Source: Candidatus Tayloriibacteriota bacterium (GTDB taxonomy: Bacteria; Patescibacteriota; Minisyncoccia; Phycocordibacterales; CAIRYW01). From it: a DNA stretch of 64,000 bases. Within the stretch, counting starts at the first letter, position 1. Each line of letters begins with the position of its first letter. The stretch is from positions 5,051 through 69,050 of the forward strand of contig JAQBQZ010000014.1 in the NCBI GenBank assembly GCA_028286725.1, read 5' to 3'. Of the stretch, positions 38,593-48,675 are shown piece after piece. The position numbers were made by a program, and so were the translations under genes. A model generated the notes under the pieces. That model was not told the origin of the DNA and searched no databases. It was given only the letters and a program-made list of their open reading frames with translations.

Positions 38593-39393
38593 ATGGCAAA
38601 CAAAAAAGTTAAAGTATTGGTGTTTTCGGGATATGGGCTCAACTGCGAAGAAGAGACCAAATATGCTTTTGAATTGGCGGGAGGTGATGCCGATATTGTG
38701 CATATCAATGACCTCATCGCAGGTATAAAGAAGATCAAAAATTATGACATCCTTGCTTTCCCCGGAGGGTTTTCTTTTGGTGATGATACAGGAAGTGGGA
38801 AGGCGTACGCAAACAAGGTTCGAAATCACTTATGGAAAGATATCGAAGAATTCATTGCCAAAGACAAGCTTATTATTGGAATTTGTAATGGATTTCAGAT
38901 TCTTACAAATCTAGGTATTCTTCCAGGAGCTTTGATGTGGAATGATAGCGCTCGATATATCGACCGATGGGTTGATATCAAGATAGAAGGCAAGAGTCCG
39001 TGGCTTACAGGTATCGACACGATCTCACTCCCGATCGCACACGGCGAAGGAAAATTCTATACAGATACTGAGACATTGAAGAAAATCAAAAATGAGAATG
39101 CGATTGTTGCTCGATATGTCAAAGGCGAGACTTGTGAAATGACAGGACTATCCTCGAATCCTAATGGAGCTCTTGAAGATATTGCTGGCGTACTAGGCAA
39201 TAATGGAAATATCATCGGTATGATGCCACATCCAGAAAGAGGATTGTTTGTATCTCAATTACCAAACTTTCCATATCTAAAAGAAAAAAGTAGAAGAGAC
39301 GGAAAGAAGCTCCCTAAATATGGTCCTGGTTTTCAGATATTTAAAAACGCAGTGGAATATTGTGCTAGAACCCGTCTCAAAATTAACCGTTAA
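38593..39393 (+). CDS. purQ: Phosphoribosylformylglycinamidine synthase glutaminase subunit
   Basis: KVLVFSGYGLNCEEETKYAFELAG…GICNGFQIL…MMPHPER class-I glutamine amidotransferase triad. Confidence 0.85.
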   Translation: MANKKVKVLVFSGYGLNCEEETKYAFELAGGDADIVHINDLIAGIKKIKNYDILAFPGGFSFGDDTGSGKAYANKVRNHLWKDIEEFIAKDKLIIGICNGFQILTNLGILPGALMWNDSARYIDRWVDIKIEGKSPWLTGIDTISLPIAHGEGKFYTDTETLKKIKNENAIVARYVKGETCEMTGLSSNPNGALEDIAGVLGNNGNIIGMMPHPERGLFVSQLPNFPYLKEKSRRDGKKLPKYGPGFQIFKNAVEYCARTRLKINR

Positions 39394-39552
39394 TTAAATT
39401 CAGATGCAACTTGAATATTCAAAAGCTAAAATTTCGGTAAAAAATAAAGTTTCGTCAGTCAACATAACGCAGTTATGCCTCCTTCCTCATCCTTCATTTT
39501 TTTCTCGAAATTTTAGCTTTTCTATTATTCATTAATTTTGAGATGGATTCTA
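39375..39552. mobile_element. MITE-like palindromic element, copy 2 (inverted relative to copy 1, diverged)
   Basis: Reverse complement aligns to the 9643-9836 element: tagaatc…caaaattaatgaa…aaggatgaggaaggaggc…gactgacgaaact…ttttttacc…aacggttaatttt. Its own inner 16-bp IR aaaagctaaaatttcg/cgaaattttagctttt shows compensatory changes. One end overlaps the purQ stop. Confidence 0.45.
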
Positions 39553-39563
39553 AAAAATAATTT

Positions 39564-39995
39564 ATGGATTCAGTAAATAATAGACCAACAGTTGGAATGG
39601 GTGTGGTTATTTTTAAAGGAAATAAGATACTTTTGGGTAAAAGAAAAAGCTCAATTGCTGGAGGATTGTATGCAAGTCCCGGTGGCCATGTCGAGTACAT
39701 GGAAACATTTGAGGAGTGCGCTATACGAGAAACTCGTGAGGAGTGTGGTATTGAAATTCAAAATGTTCGATTTCAAAGATTGGCAAATGTAATGGCTTTC
39801 AAGCCGAAACATTTTGTTGATATTTCTCTTATTGCAGATTGGAAATCTGGAGAACCTCAAAATTTAGAACCAGATAAAAATGAAGGATGGGATTGGTATG
39901 ATTTAGATAATTTACCCACAAACCTTATGGCGACTACGAAACTCACTCTTGAAAGTTGTAAAACTGGCCAGATGTATTTTCCTTTAATTGATTAA
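39564..39995 (+). CDS. NUDIX hydrolase
   Basis: Nudix box GGHVEYMETFEECAIRETREECGIEI. Confidence 0.7.
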   Translation: MDSVNNRPTVGMGVVIFKGNKILLGKRKSSIAGGLYASPGGHVEYMETFEECAIRETREECGIEIQNVRFQRLANVMAFKPKHFVDISLIADWKSGEPQNLEPDKNEGWDWYDLDNLPTNLMATTKLTLESCKTGQMYFPLID

Positions 39996-40001
39996 TAATA
40001 T

Positions 40002-41126
40002 ATGCAAAAAATTGGAATTATCGGTGGAGGGCAGCTCGGGAGAATGCTTGTAGAGGCGGCTAAGAATCTTGGGTTCTATACTGTGGTTCTCGATCCAACT
40101 CCAAATGGGCCTGCAGCACAAGTGGCAGACAAAGAGATTATCGGTGATTTTAAAGATGCATCAAAAATAAAAGAAGTTGCAGATCAGGTAGATTTTGTGA
40201 CATTTGAGATCGAGTCTGCGAATGCAGATGCATTGAATGATCTCGTGGGAGAAGGAAAAGACATCAATCCTCATCCAAAGATCTTGGAAACAATAAAAGA
40301 TAAATATCTTCAGAAAAAGTTTTTGGAAAAAAACGGAATCCCGGTCGCTGATTCGGTTGAAGTAAGTGATGAGGAAGAAATAAAAAAAGCAGGAACTGTA
40401 TTTGGATATCCATTTCTTCTTAAAGCACGAAAAGATGCATACGACGGGAGAGGAAATGCTTTAATAAAAAATGAAATTGATATAAAAGATGGAATAGTAA
40501 AGCTTAAAGATCGAACACTCTATGTAGAGAAATTTGTTCCATTTGTGAAAGAACTTGCTGTGGTCGTGGGACGATCAAAGAATGGAGAGGTCAAAGTATT
40601 TCCAGCTGTTGAAACGATTCACAAAAATAATATCTGCCATATTGTCATTTCTCCTGCACCTGTTAAAAAAGATATTACACAAAAAGCAGAAGAACTCGCG
40701 ACAAAAATAATAGCTGACTTTAAAGGTGTAGGAGTATTTGCTGTTGAAATGTTTTTGACAGAGAAAAATGAACTTGTAATAAATGAGATCGCACCTCGAG
40801 TACATAATTCTGGACATCATACAATTGAAGGCAACAAGACTTCGCAATTCGAACAGCATATTCGAGCAATTACGGGGATGCCTTTGGGAGACACTGGCCA
40901 CACAGCCCCGTTTTCAGTAATGATAAATATCTTGGGTGAAAGAAGTGGAGAGGTAAAACTCGAGGGTGAAGAAAAGTTGAATGAAATTAAGGGTGCGACC
41001 ATGCATATATACGGTAAGTCCGAGACTCGTCCAGAGCGAAAAATGGGGCACATCACGGTTGTGGGTGATGATCTTATAGAGGTCTTGGAAAAAGCGAGAC
41101 TCGCTCGGTCAATTATTTCAATTTAA
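40002..41126 (+). CDS. purK: N5-carboxyaminoimidazole ribonucleotide synthase (ATP-grasp)
   Basis: MQKIGIIGGGQLGRML… and an ATP-grasp C-terminus. 374 aa. Confidence 0.8.
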   Translation: MQKIGIIGGGQLGRMLVEAAKNLGFYTVVLDPTPNGPAAQVADKEIIGDFKDASKIKEVADQVDFVTFEIESANADALNDLVGEGKDINPHPKILETIKDKYLQKKFLEKNGIPVADSVEVSDEEEIKKAGTVFGYPFLLKARKDAYDGRGNALIKNEIDIKDGIVKLKDRTLYVEKFVPFVKELAVVVGRSKNGEVKVFPAVETIHKNNICHIVISPAPVKKDITQKAEELATKIIADFKGVGVFAVEMFLTEKNELVINEIAPRVHNSGHHTIEGNKTSQFEQHIRAITGMPLGDTGHTAPFSVMINILGERSGEVKLEGEEKLNEIKGATMHIYGKSETRPERKMGHITVVGDDLIEVLEKARLARSIISI

Positions 41127-41128
41127 TT

Positions 41129-41989
41129 TTGAATCTTCTTATGTCTGACTTGATCAAAATAGTAGAAGACAGTCGAGATAGAGCCACACAAGTGGCTTTA
41201 GATTCAATATCAGATTTGATAGGTTCTTCTGAAATTGAAGTGCGAGACAGGATCCTCTCAAAGATTGCAGAACAAAAAATATTCTTCCCCTTAGGATGGT
41301 ATGATCCACCGTTCGGGGGAGTGGCTGTGCTTTTTGGAAATGATCCGTATGACAGACTAAAATTTGAAACTCTTCGAGATCCACTTTTCTCTCCAAGTGA
41401 ATCAGATTTTTATAATAAAGAGAGCGTCGGCATCGTCTATTTGTCTCCTATTGAAAAAGAAACAGGGATGATCGGGGACATTGGATTCACGATCTATAAT
41501 GGTAGAGATGAGAAAATAAAAACTCATATTCGAGATTGTTATAATTTGTTAATCGAGGTTGCAAACTTTGCAGAAGTTGGGCAGTCATTTGGTGATCTAT
41601 ATACTTATGCAATGGATGTATTTGTAAACAAGGGGCAAAAAAGAATTGGCTGGATGTCTACCAATATCTGGAAAGCAACAAATGATGATAAGAGAAAAAT
41701 AAATTTTGGACACACGATTCCTGGGTCTTTTGATAATTTGAATCTTGGAAACTCTTTTGATGAAATAAAGGAAAATATTAGAACAAAAAGAATTTTTATT
41801 GAAGAAATTGAAACATTTAAAATTCCAGATACCTGTGCGTTTACACTCGAAGCCAGATTGACAGACAGGGATCATATTTTACCGAACACATTCTTTCATT
41901 TTGTGGTTGTTTTTAATGATGGTAAAAAGAAAATATTGGCTAATTTTAGCGAAATTTTTATAAAGACAGGTATGGATTATATGCTATAA
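41129..41989 (+). CDS. Uncharacterised 286-aa protein embedded in the pur operon between purK and purE
   Basis: Starts 3 nt after the purK stop and ends 8 nt before purE. No recognisable motif. Confidence 0.4.
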   Translation: MNLLMSDLIKIVEDSRDRATQVALDSISDLIGSSEIEVRDRILSKIAEQKIFFPLGWYDPPFGGVAVLFGNDPYDRLKFETLRDPLFSPSESDFYNKESVGIVYLSPIEKETGMIGDIGFTIYNGRDEKIKTHIRDCYNLLIEVANFAEVGQSFGDLYTYAMDVFVNKGQKRIGWMSTNIWKATNDDKRKINFGHTIPGSFDNLNLGNSFDEIKENIRTKRIFIEEIETFKIPDTCAFTLEARLTDRDHILPNTFFHFVVVFNDGKKKILANFSEIFIKTGMDYML

Positions 41990-41996
41990 TCGATTT

Positions 41997-42512
41997 ATGG
42001 AAAAACCACTAATAGGCATAATTATGGGCTCGGATTCTGATCTTGCGGTAATGCACGAAGCGGCAAAGATCATTGAAGAATTCGGTGTAGAATTCGAGAT
42101 AACTATTGTCTCAGCGCACAGAACTCCTGACAGGCTTGTAGAATATGCAAAAGGGGCAGAGAAAAGGGGGCTTAAGGTCATTATTGCGGGTGCTGGAGGC
42201 GCAGCACACCTTCCTGGAATGACAGCAAGTATGACAGTGCTTCCGGTGATTGGAGTGCCTGTGAAGGGTAAGAATCTTGAAGGGATGGATTCACTACTTT
42301 CGATCGTTCAAATGCCCGGAGGAATACCTGTTGCAACGGTGGCTATAAATGGCGCAAAGAATGCCGGACTTTTAGCGCTTCGAATTCTTGGCACTTCAAA
42401 TAAAACCCTTCAAGAAAAATTGGCCTTGTATGCAAAAAAAATGGAATCAGATGTAAAAGAAAAGGCAGAAAAATTAGAAAAGAATGGGTATGTTAATTAT
42501 TTAGGACTATAA
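41997..42512 (+). CDS. purE: N5-CAIR mutase
   Basis: [13 protein letters not shown]…[14 protein letters not shown]…. Confidence 0.9.
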   Translation: MEKPLIGIIMGSDSDLAVMHEAAKIIEEFGVEFEITIVSAHRTPDRLVEYAKGAEKRGLKVIIAGAGGAAHLPGMTASMTVLPVIGVPVKGKNLEGMDSLLSIVQMPGGIPVATVAINGAKNAGLLALRILGTSNKTLQEKLALYAKKMESDVKEKAEKLEKNGYVNYLGL

Positions 42513-42518
42513 AATTTT

Positions 42519-43673
42519 ATGAGCGATCAAAAACAAAAGAGTTTGTATTCAGGTGATGGGGTTGATATTCACGACGAAGCAGATTTCAGTAAATACGCAG
42601 GCTCTATTTGTAAGCAAAGTTATAACAACTCAAACTTTGTGGACGTGCACGATCTCTCGGAGGGTCAGTTCCGCGGACCTCGACCTTTTACATTCAAGAA
42701 TCTCCCAGAGGGCTTTCTCATTGAAGCCTCAACTGATGGGATAGGAACTAAAGGTATTATAATCGATGCTGCAAAGACTCATGCTGATGCTGCATATGAC
42801 ATCATTGCAATGACCTCAAGTGATATTACTCGATATGGAGGATTGCCGCTCGTTTTCATTAACGTGCTCGATACTGTTTCTGTTGGAATTGTTGGAAGCG
42901 AAGCGAGAAATGCATACAAGTCTCTTATGGATGGATTGGGTAAGGTTGCAAAAGATGAAGGTCTTGTAGTGCTCAAAGGTGAGACGGCACAAATGGGTGT
43001 GTGTCTTGGTTCTGAAATTGCTGATTCGAAAACAAAACTCAATTGGTCTGGAATGATGATTGGAGCGTATCATAAAGACAAGATGATCACGGGCAACACG
43101 ATCAAAGAAGGTCAGGTGATTATTGCTCTTAAGGAAAATGGTTTTCGAAGCAATGGGATCAGTTCTGTCCGAAAAGCGCTCGTAATGAAATATGGGCAGG
43201 AATGGTGGAAGAATATTGAAGCAAAAGATGATATCAAAAAAGCTGCAGAAAAGTCGGTGCTTTATGACAAGTTTATAAATACACTTCATGGCTGGTATGA
43301 TAAAGAATTTAAAGCAGAAATAGAGATTCATTCTGTTGTACATCTTTCAGGTGGAGCAATGAGGGAAAAGCTCGCTCATGATATTTTGTTCACAAAGGGA
43401 CTCGGGGCAAATATTACAGACCTATGGGAACCTGCAGAGATAATGGCAAACTGTGCAAAGTGGCGAGAAATGTCAGACGATGAATTTTATGAGACTTGGC
43501 ACGGGGGACAAGGAATGCTTTTGGTAATAAATAAAGAGGATGTGGAGCATTGCTTGAAGCGGGCAGAAGACTTTGGCATCAAGGCAAAACTTGCGGGCGT
43601 CATCACAAAGACAGAAAAGCCTACAATAAAAATAATTTCAAAATTAAATGGCAAAGAGGTTATTTATCAATAA
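42519..43673 (+). CDS. purM: Phosphoribosylformylglycinamidine cyclo-ligase (AIR synthetase) with an N-terminal extension
   Basis: ASTDGIGTKGIII motif (DGVGTK-like) and PurM-type N- and C-domains. 384 aa. Confidence 0.75.
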   Translation: MSDQKQKSLYSGDGVDIHDEADFSKYAGSICKQSYNNSNFVDVHDLSEGQFRGPRPFTFKNLPEGFLIEASTDGIGTKGIIIDAAKTHADAAYDIIAMTSSDITRYGGLPLVFINVLDTVSVGIVGSEARNAYKSLMDGLGKVAKDEGLVVLKGETAQMGVCLGSEIADSKTKLNWSGMMIGAYHKDKMITGNTIKEGQVIIALKENGFRSNGISSVRKALVMKYGQEWWKNIEAKDDIKKAAEKSVLYDKFINTLHGWYDKEFKAEIEIHSVVHLSGGAMREKLAHDILFTKGLGANITDLWEPAEIMANCAKWREMSDDEFYETWHGGQGMLLVINKEDVEHCLKRAEDFGIKAKLAGVITKTEKPTIKIISKLNGKEVIYQ

Positions 43674-43685
43674 TAATTAAATATT

Positions 43686-44624
43686 ATGAACCTACTCAGG
43701 GAGACTCACTTTAATAATCTTGGAGAACAAAAAATAGGTAAGGTTCGAGATATTTATATTCAACCCGACAAAATAATTCTTGTTTCAACTGATAGGCATT
43801 CTTCTTTTGATCGGATCATAGCTCACATACCTCACAAGGGACAGCTTTTAAATCAAATAAGCGCATTCTGGTTTGATGCGACAAAGGATATTATTTCAAA
43901 TCATTTTCTTGAGGTTCCTGATCCAAATGTATTGGTGGCAAAGAAATGCACTCCGCTTCCAATTGAAATGGTGGTTCGTGGATATATGACAGGAGTTACT
44001 GGCACATCACTCTGGGTTAATTATTCTAAAGGTCAGAGAGATTTTGGTAACTTCACGCTTCCAGATGGAATGGTCAAGAATCAAAAACTTGAGATCCCAG
44101 TCATAAATCCCACAACAAAATCAGATGAGCATGATCAACCTATTACCCCAAAAGAAATCCTCGAACAAAATCTTGTTTCAAAAGAAGTCTGGGATGAGGT
44201 GGCAGACAAATCTATTAAACTTTTTATAAGAGGACGAGAGATTGCTGAGAAAGCAGGATTTATTCTCGTGGATACAAAATATGAATTTGGAATAGACGAA
44301 AGTGGAAGGGTGGTACTCATCGATGAGATTCATACTCCTGATTCATCACGATTCTGGCAGAAAGCGGTATATGAAGAACGATTCGCAAAAGGGGAAGAGC
44401 CGGAATATTTTGATAAGGAATTTCTAAGGCTTTGGTTTAAGGATAATTGTGATCCATATAATGATCCGGTACTTCCTGAAGCTCCGAAGGAGATGGTAGA
44501 GGAGTTATCAAAAAGATACATTATGATCTATGAGGGAATTACTGGAAACAAATTTATTGGAGCAGGGGAGAATGAAAATATTATTGACAGAATTGAAAAT
44601 AATTTAAAAAAGTTTAATGTCTAA
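43686..44624 (+). CDS. purC: SAICAR synthetase (long form)
   Basis: GKVRDIY…LVSTDRHSSFDRI motif. Confidence 0.75.
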   Translation: MNLLRETHFNNLGEQKIGKVRDIYIQPDKIILVSTDRHSSFDRIIAHIPHKGQLLNQISAFWFDATKDIISNHFLEVPDPNVLVAKKCTPLPIEMVVRGYMTGVTGTSLWVNYSKGQRDFGNFTLPDGMVKNQKLEIPVINPTTKSDEHDQPITPKEILEQNLVSKEVWDEVADKSIKLFIRGREIAEKAGFILVDTKYEFGIDESGRVVLIDEIHTPDSSRFWQKAVYEERFAKGEEPEYFDKEFLRLWFKDNCDPYNDPVLPEAPKEMVEELSKRYIMIYEGITGNKFIGAGENENIIDRIENNLKKFNV

Positions 44625-46005
44625 TCTTAAAGCAATAAGTCCGATAGATGGAAGATATGCGAAAACAAGCGAACCACTTATAGACATTTTTAGTGAGAAG
44701 GGTCTGATGAGATACCGGATCATTGTAGAGGGCGAGTATCTTATTGCACTGTCAAAACTTAATTTGAAACTTCGGAAGATCACCGAAAAAGAACAGAAAT
44801 TAATTCGTTCGCTTTATGATCTTTCAGATACTGATGCACAAATCATAAGTGATATTGAATGGAGGGGGTATAAAAATATCAAAGCGACAGATCACGATGT
44901 GAAGGCTGTGGAATATTATTTGAAAGATAGACTTGGCAACACGTCGCTTAAAGATGTTTTGGAGTGGATCCACTTTGGACTAACGAGTGAAGACACAAAC
45001 AATCTTTCTTATGCTTTGATGATCCAAGACGGGGTAGAAGTGATTTTAAATAAACTCAATGAAGTGCAAAAGGAGATAGATCTTTTGGTCAAAGCAAATG
45101 CAAAGCTTCCAATGCTTGCGCGAACTCATGGACAGAGTGCATCGCCGACGACCTTTGGAAAAGAGTTTAAAGTGTTTCATGCTCGAATCGATAGACAGAT
45201 GAAAGAGCTCCGATCAAAACATATTCTTGCAAAACTTAATGGTGCAACAGGGAATTATAATGCGCATATTTCCGCATACCCGAAGACAGATTGGGTCAAA
45301 TTCACAAAAGCATTTGTTGCTGACTTGAATAAATTAAATCCAAAGACAATAAAACTTGAAGCAAATCTCTTTACTACCCAGATCGAATCTCACGATTCAA
45401 ATATAGAGATCTTTGATTGTGTAAGACGAATCAATACTATTCTCATCGACTTTGATCAGGATATGTGGAGATACATTAGTGATGAATGGATCGTTCAAAA
45501 ACAAGTTGAAGGTGCGGTAGGAAGTTCAACAATGCCACACAAAACAAATCCTATTAAGTTCGAAAACAGTGAAGGAAATCTAGGTCTTGCAAACTCTCTC
45601 TTTGAATTCTTTGCTCGAAAACTTCCGATCTCAAGACTTCAAAGAGATCTCACAGACTCAACAGTACAGAGAAATTATGGTACTGCTTTTGCTCACTCAT
45701 TCATTGCCTATGAATATCTTCTCAAGGGATTGAGTAGAATAAGTGTAAATGGCACCAAGGTTGTAGAAGTGTTGAATAGTCATCCTGAGGTCATTGCAGA
45801 GGCAATACAGACAGTTTTGCGTCGAGAAGGGGCACCGATGCCATATGAACAGTTGAAGGCTCTCACAAAGGGGAGAAAGGTTACTCTCAAGGATTTTGAA
45901 GAGTTTATCGATGGGCTCAAGGTAAGCGATATGGTCAAAAAAGAACTCAAAAAATTCACGCCTGAAAACTATATTGGGATCGCGGATAAATTAGCAGGAA
46001 AATAA
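44617..46005 (+). CDS. purB: Adenylosuccinate lyase
   Basis: SPIDGRYAKTSEPLIDIFSEKGLMRYRIIVEGEYLIALS… and fumarate-lyase-fold length (462 aa). Confidence 0.85.
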   Translation: MSNLKAISPIDGRYAKTSEPLIDIFSEKGLMRYRIIVEGEYLIALSKLNLKLRKITEKEQKLIRSLYDLSDTDAQIISDIEWRGYKNIKATDHDVKAVEYYLKDRLGNTSLKDVLEWIHFGLTSEDTNNLSYALMIQDGVEVILNKLNEVQKEIDLLVKANAKLPMLARTHGQSASPTTFGKEFKVFHARIDRQMKELRSKHILAKLNGATGNYNAHISAYPKTDWVKFTKAFVADLNKLNPKTIKLEANLFTTQIESHDSNIEIFDCVRRINTILIDFDQDMWRYISDEWIVQKQVEGAVGSSTMPHKTNPIKFENSEGNLGLANSLFEFFARKLPISRLQRDLTDSTVQRNYGTAFAHSFIAYEYLLKGLSRISVNGTKVVEVLNSHPEVIAEAIQTVLRREGAPMPYEQLKALTKGRKVTLKDFEEFIDGLKVSDMVKKELKKFTPENYIGIADKLAGK

Positions 46006-47019
46006 TTATTTGCCCATGTTCTTTAATACCTCAAGATACAGTTTCTCAACTATCTTTTCTTGTTTCGCGCCGGATGTTACATAATGGTCAAGTCCTGGAG
46101 CAGCATTGATCTCGATGATCCAATAGTTATTGAGTTTGTCTTCTATATTTCCATCGATCATAATATCAACTCCACAAAGTCGAAGTCCCATATCTTTGGT
46201 CAATTTTACAGCAAGTTTTTTCACACTTTCATGCATTGTGTCTGTAACATCGACTGAATCACCGCCGGTCGAGAGGTTTGCGTTATCAAGAAGAAATATT
46301 TTCTCTTCTTGTTTTAGGATCGAATGCATTGTGAATCCTTGGTGGAGTAACTTGTCAGCTATTCGAGGATCCTTTGTCTTAATTTTTGTGTCACGTCCTT
46401 TAATTATAAATTCCTTTTGTTTCGCTTTGAGGAGTTGAATGATCGTTGATTTGCCGTCCCCGGTAATACTTAGTGGAATTCTTTTGTATGCTGATATTAC
46501 TTTTTTATCTAAAACTACAATTCGATAATCTGTCCCCACAACGAGCGATTGAACGAGCGCGATCCTGTCGTATTTAAAAATAGCCTTCATTCCTTTGTAG
46601 AATTCTTTTTTGTTGTGAACGAGACTCACGTGCGAACCTTGGGTGCCACTATTTGGTTTTATGATAACAGGGAATTCTAATTGTTCCGCGTATGTAAACC
46701 CGTCATCAATAGTTCGATGTTTTGCACCTATAGCTTTGTGCCATCGTGGAGAATAAAATGATTTGCCGAGGATCGTGTTGTACCCAAGATTTTTCATGAA
46801 GAAAGTTGAATAGTCTTTATCAACCGCGATTTCAGTGGATCCTAATGTGTTTAAATCCATTCGTCCATCACGAAAATATTTGATATTTCCATTCTTAAAT
46901 AGTATTTGACCTACAACACCCCACTCCGGTTCCATAATAACTTTGGCACCGATTTTCGGCGCTAGTCTTTGGAGCATTGGGCCTAAGAAGGGGATGAATT
47001 TTCGTTTTTTCTTCGGCAT
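46006..47019 (-). CDS. ATP-grasp domain protein (RimK / alpha-L-glutamate-ligase-like), function unknown
   Basis: …PVIIKPNSGTQGSHVSLV… and …WIIEINAAPGLDHY ATP-grasp C-terminal motif. Stop abuts the purB stop tail-to-tail. Confidence 0.5.
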   Translation of the reverse strand: MPKKKRKFIPFLGPMLQRLAPKIGAKVIMEPEWGVVGQILFKNGNIKYFRDGRMDLNTLGSTEIAVDKDYSTFFMKNLGYNTILGKSFYSPRWHKAIGAKHRTIDDGFTYAEQLEFPVIIKPNSGTQGSHVSLVHNKKEFYKGMKAIFKYDRIALVQSLVVGTDYRIVVLDKKVISAYKRIPLSITGDGKSTIIQLLKAKQKEFIIKGRDTKIKTKDPRIADKLLHQGFTMHSILKQEEKIFLLDNANLSTGGDSVDVTDTMHESVKKLAVKLTKDMGLRLCGVDIMIDGNIEDKLNNYWIIEINAAPGLDHYVTSGAKQEKIVEKLYLEVLKNMGK

Positions 47020-47115
47020 ATTGTTTGGTTACTCTACCAGAAAATTGCTATTTGTATAGAGGTGGATAATGTTGTTTGTAAGACTTAAATTGGGATATAA
47101 TATGTTTCTAATTAT

Positions 47116-48675
47116 ATGAAAAAAATAGGCGAAAAATGTGCAGTATTTGGAGTCTATGGAAAAGGTATGGATGTAGCCCGTCTTGCCTTTTTTGGTTTAT
47201 TTGCGCTCCAGCATCGAGGACAAGAAGGTTCAGGCATTGCTGTTACTGATGGAAAGAAAATTTCTTGCCATAAAAGAGAAGGACTCATGGCTCAAGTCTT
47301 CAATGAAGACATCATCAAAAATCTTGGCGGATCAATTGATGTGCCTTCATTCGCTGCCATAGGACACAATCGATATTCAACATCTGCTGGAGGAGGTGCT
47401 CACTATGTACAGCCAGTTATTGCAGGAGGAGTTGCAACTTGTAAGGTAACAATCGGAAGTGATAATTGTACGGAACATGCGATCTCTGAATATTTTGATA
47501 ATGATGGTGTGAAACAAACTATTGCTTTAGTACACAATGGGAACATTCCATCTGTCACAGCGCTCACAGATTTTCTCAAAGAAAAGAATGTTGATCTTTG
47601 TAATTGTGCTCCTGATCCTTGTATTGAAAAGACTGCGCACAATCACAAGATAGTAGAAGGTGTGTGTATTACGCCATCCGATTCGACACTCATTACAGAA
47701 GCGCTCGCATGGTATGTAGGACAAGGGCTTGATATTGAGGATGCAGTGAAGAAAGTTTTTCCACTCATGACAGGCACATTCTCAATACTTGTTATGACAA
47801 AAAATAAAATGATTGCAATAAGGGATGCACATGGAGTGCGTCCTTTTTCTGTTGCAAAGCTAAATGGAGGATTCGTTTTCTCTTCTGAGACCTGTGCGTT
47901 TATCCCAATCGGTGCGACACATCTCCGTGATGTAGAACCGGGTGAGATGATTGTTGTTGATGATGAAGGAATGCGAAGTGAAACTTTAGCTCCAGCAAAC
48001 CAAAAACTTGATATATTTGAATTCGTTTATTTCTCGCGACCAGATAGTATTCTTTTGGGACAATCGATCTATGGAGTTCGAAAAAGATTTGGCGAGATAC
48101 TTGCAAGAGAAACAAAGATCGAAGCTGATGTCGTGATCCCCGTACCCGAAACTGCAATGGCAGTAGGTATTGGATTTGCGAATGCGTCTGGCATTCCTTT
48201 TGAAATGGGGCTGGTAAAAAGTCGGTATATCAATAGAACTTTCATTCAGCCAGAACAGCATATTCGCGATCAGGGAGTAAAGCTCAAGCTATCACCCTTA
48301 AAAGAGGTTATAGATGGAAAAAGAGTTGTTGTGATCGATGATTCGCTTGTACGTGGGACTACCTCAAGACAAATTGTAAAAATGCTTTTTGAAGCGGGGG
48401 CAAAAGAGGTTCATTATATGCTTGGTTCTGCTCCGATCAAGTATCCTGATTTTTATGGAATCGATATCCCAAAGCAAAAGGATCTTTTGGCATCATCAAG
48501 GACGATCGAAGAGATGAATACATACCTCGGATCAACATCGCTTCACTTTTTGTCATTTGAAGGTATGATAGAGGCCACTGGGATAGATGGATCGAAATTC
48601 TGCACTTCTTGCTTTACAGGTGAGTATCCAATTGATATAAAGGAGCGCATATTAGAAGTAGATTTCACAAAATGA
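47116..48675 (+). CDS. purF: Amidophosphoribosyltransferase
   Basis: Propeptide MKKIGEK, then N-terminal nucleophile Cys (CAVFGVYG). PRTase motif VVVIDDSLVRGTT. Carries a Cys-rich insertion. Confidence 0.85.
   Translation: MKKIGEKCAVFGVYGKGMDVARLAFFGLFALQHRGQEGSGIAVTDGKKISCHKREGLMAQVFNEDIIKNLGGSIDVPSFAAIGHNRYSTSAGGGAHYVQPVIAGGVATCKVTIGSDNCTEHAISEYFDNDGVKQTIALVHNGNIPSVTALTDFLKEKNVDLCNCAPDPCIEKTAHNHKIVEGVCITPSDSTLITEALAWYVGQGLDIEDAVKKVFPLMTGTFSILVMTKNKMIAIRDAHGVRPFSVAKLNGGFVFSSETCAFIPIGATHLRDVEPGEMIVVDDEGMRSETLAPANQKLDIFEFVYFSRPDSILLGQSIYGVRKRFGEILARETKIEADVVIPVPETAMAVGIGFANASGIPFEMGLVKSRYINRTFIQPEQHIRDQGVKLKLSPLKEVIDGKRVVVIDDSLVRGTTSRQIVKMLFEAGAKEVHYMLGSAPIKYPDFYGIDIPKQKDLLASSRTIEEMNTYLGSTSLHFLSFEGMIEATGIDGSKFCTSCFTGEYPIDIKERILEVDFTK

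Noticed and set aside
46006-47019. Identification of the ATP-grasp protein as archaeal-type PurP (FAICAR synthetase)
   Set aside because: The C-terminal motif (E-I-N-x-x-P-G) and overall pattern look RimK/GshB-like, not PurP DUF1246/DUF1297-like. Left as a generic ATP-grasp protein.
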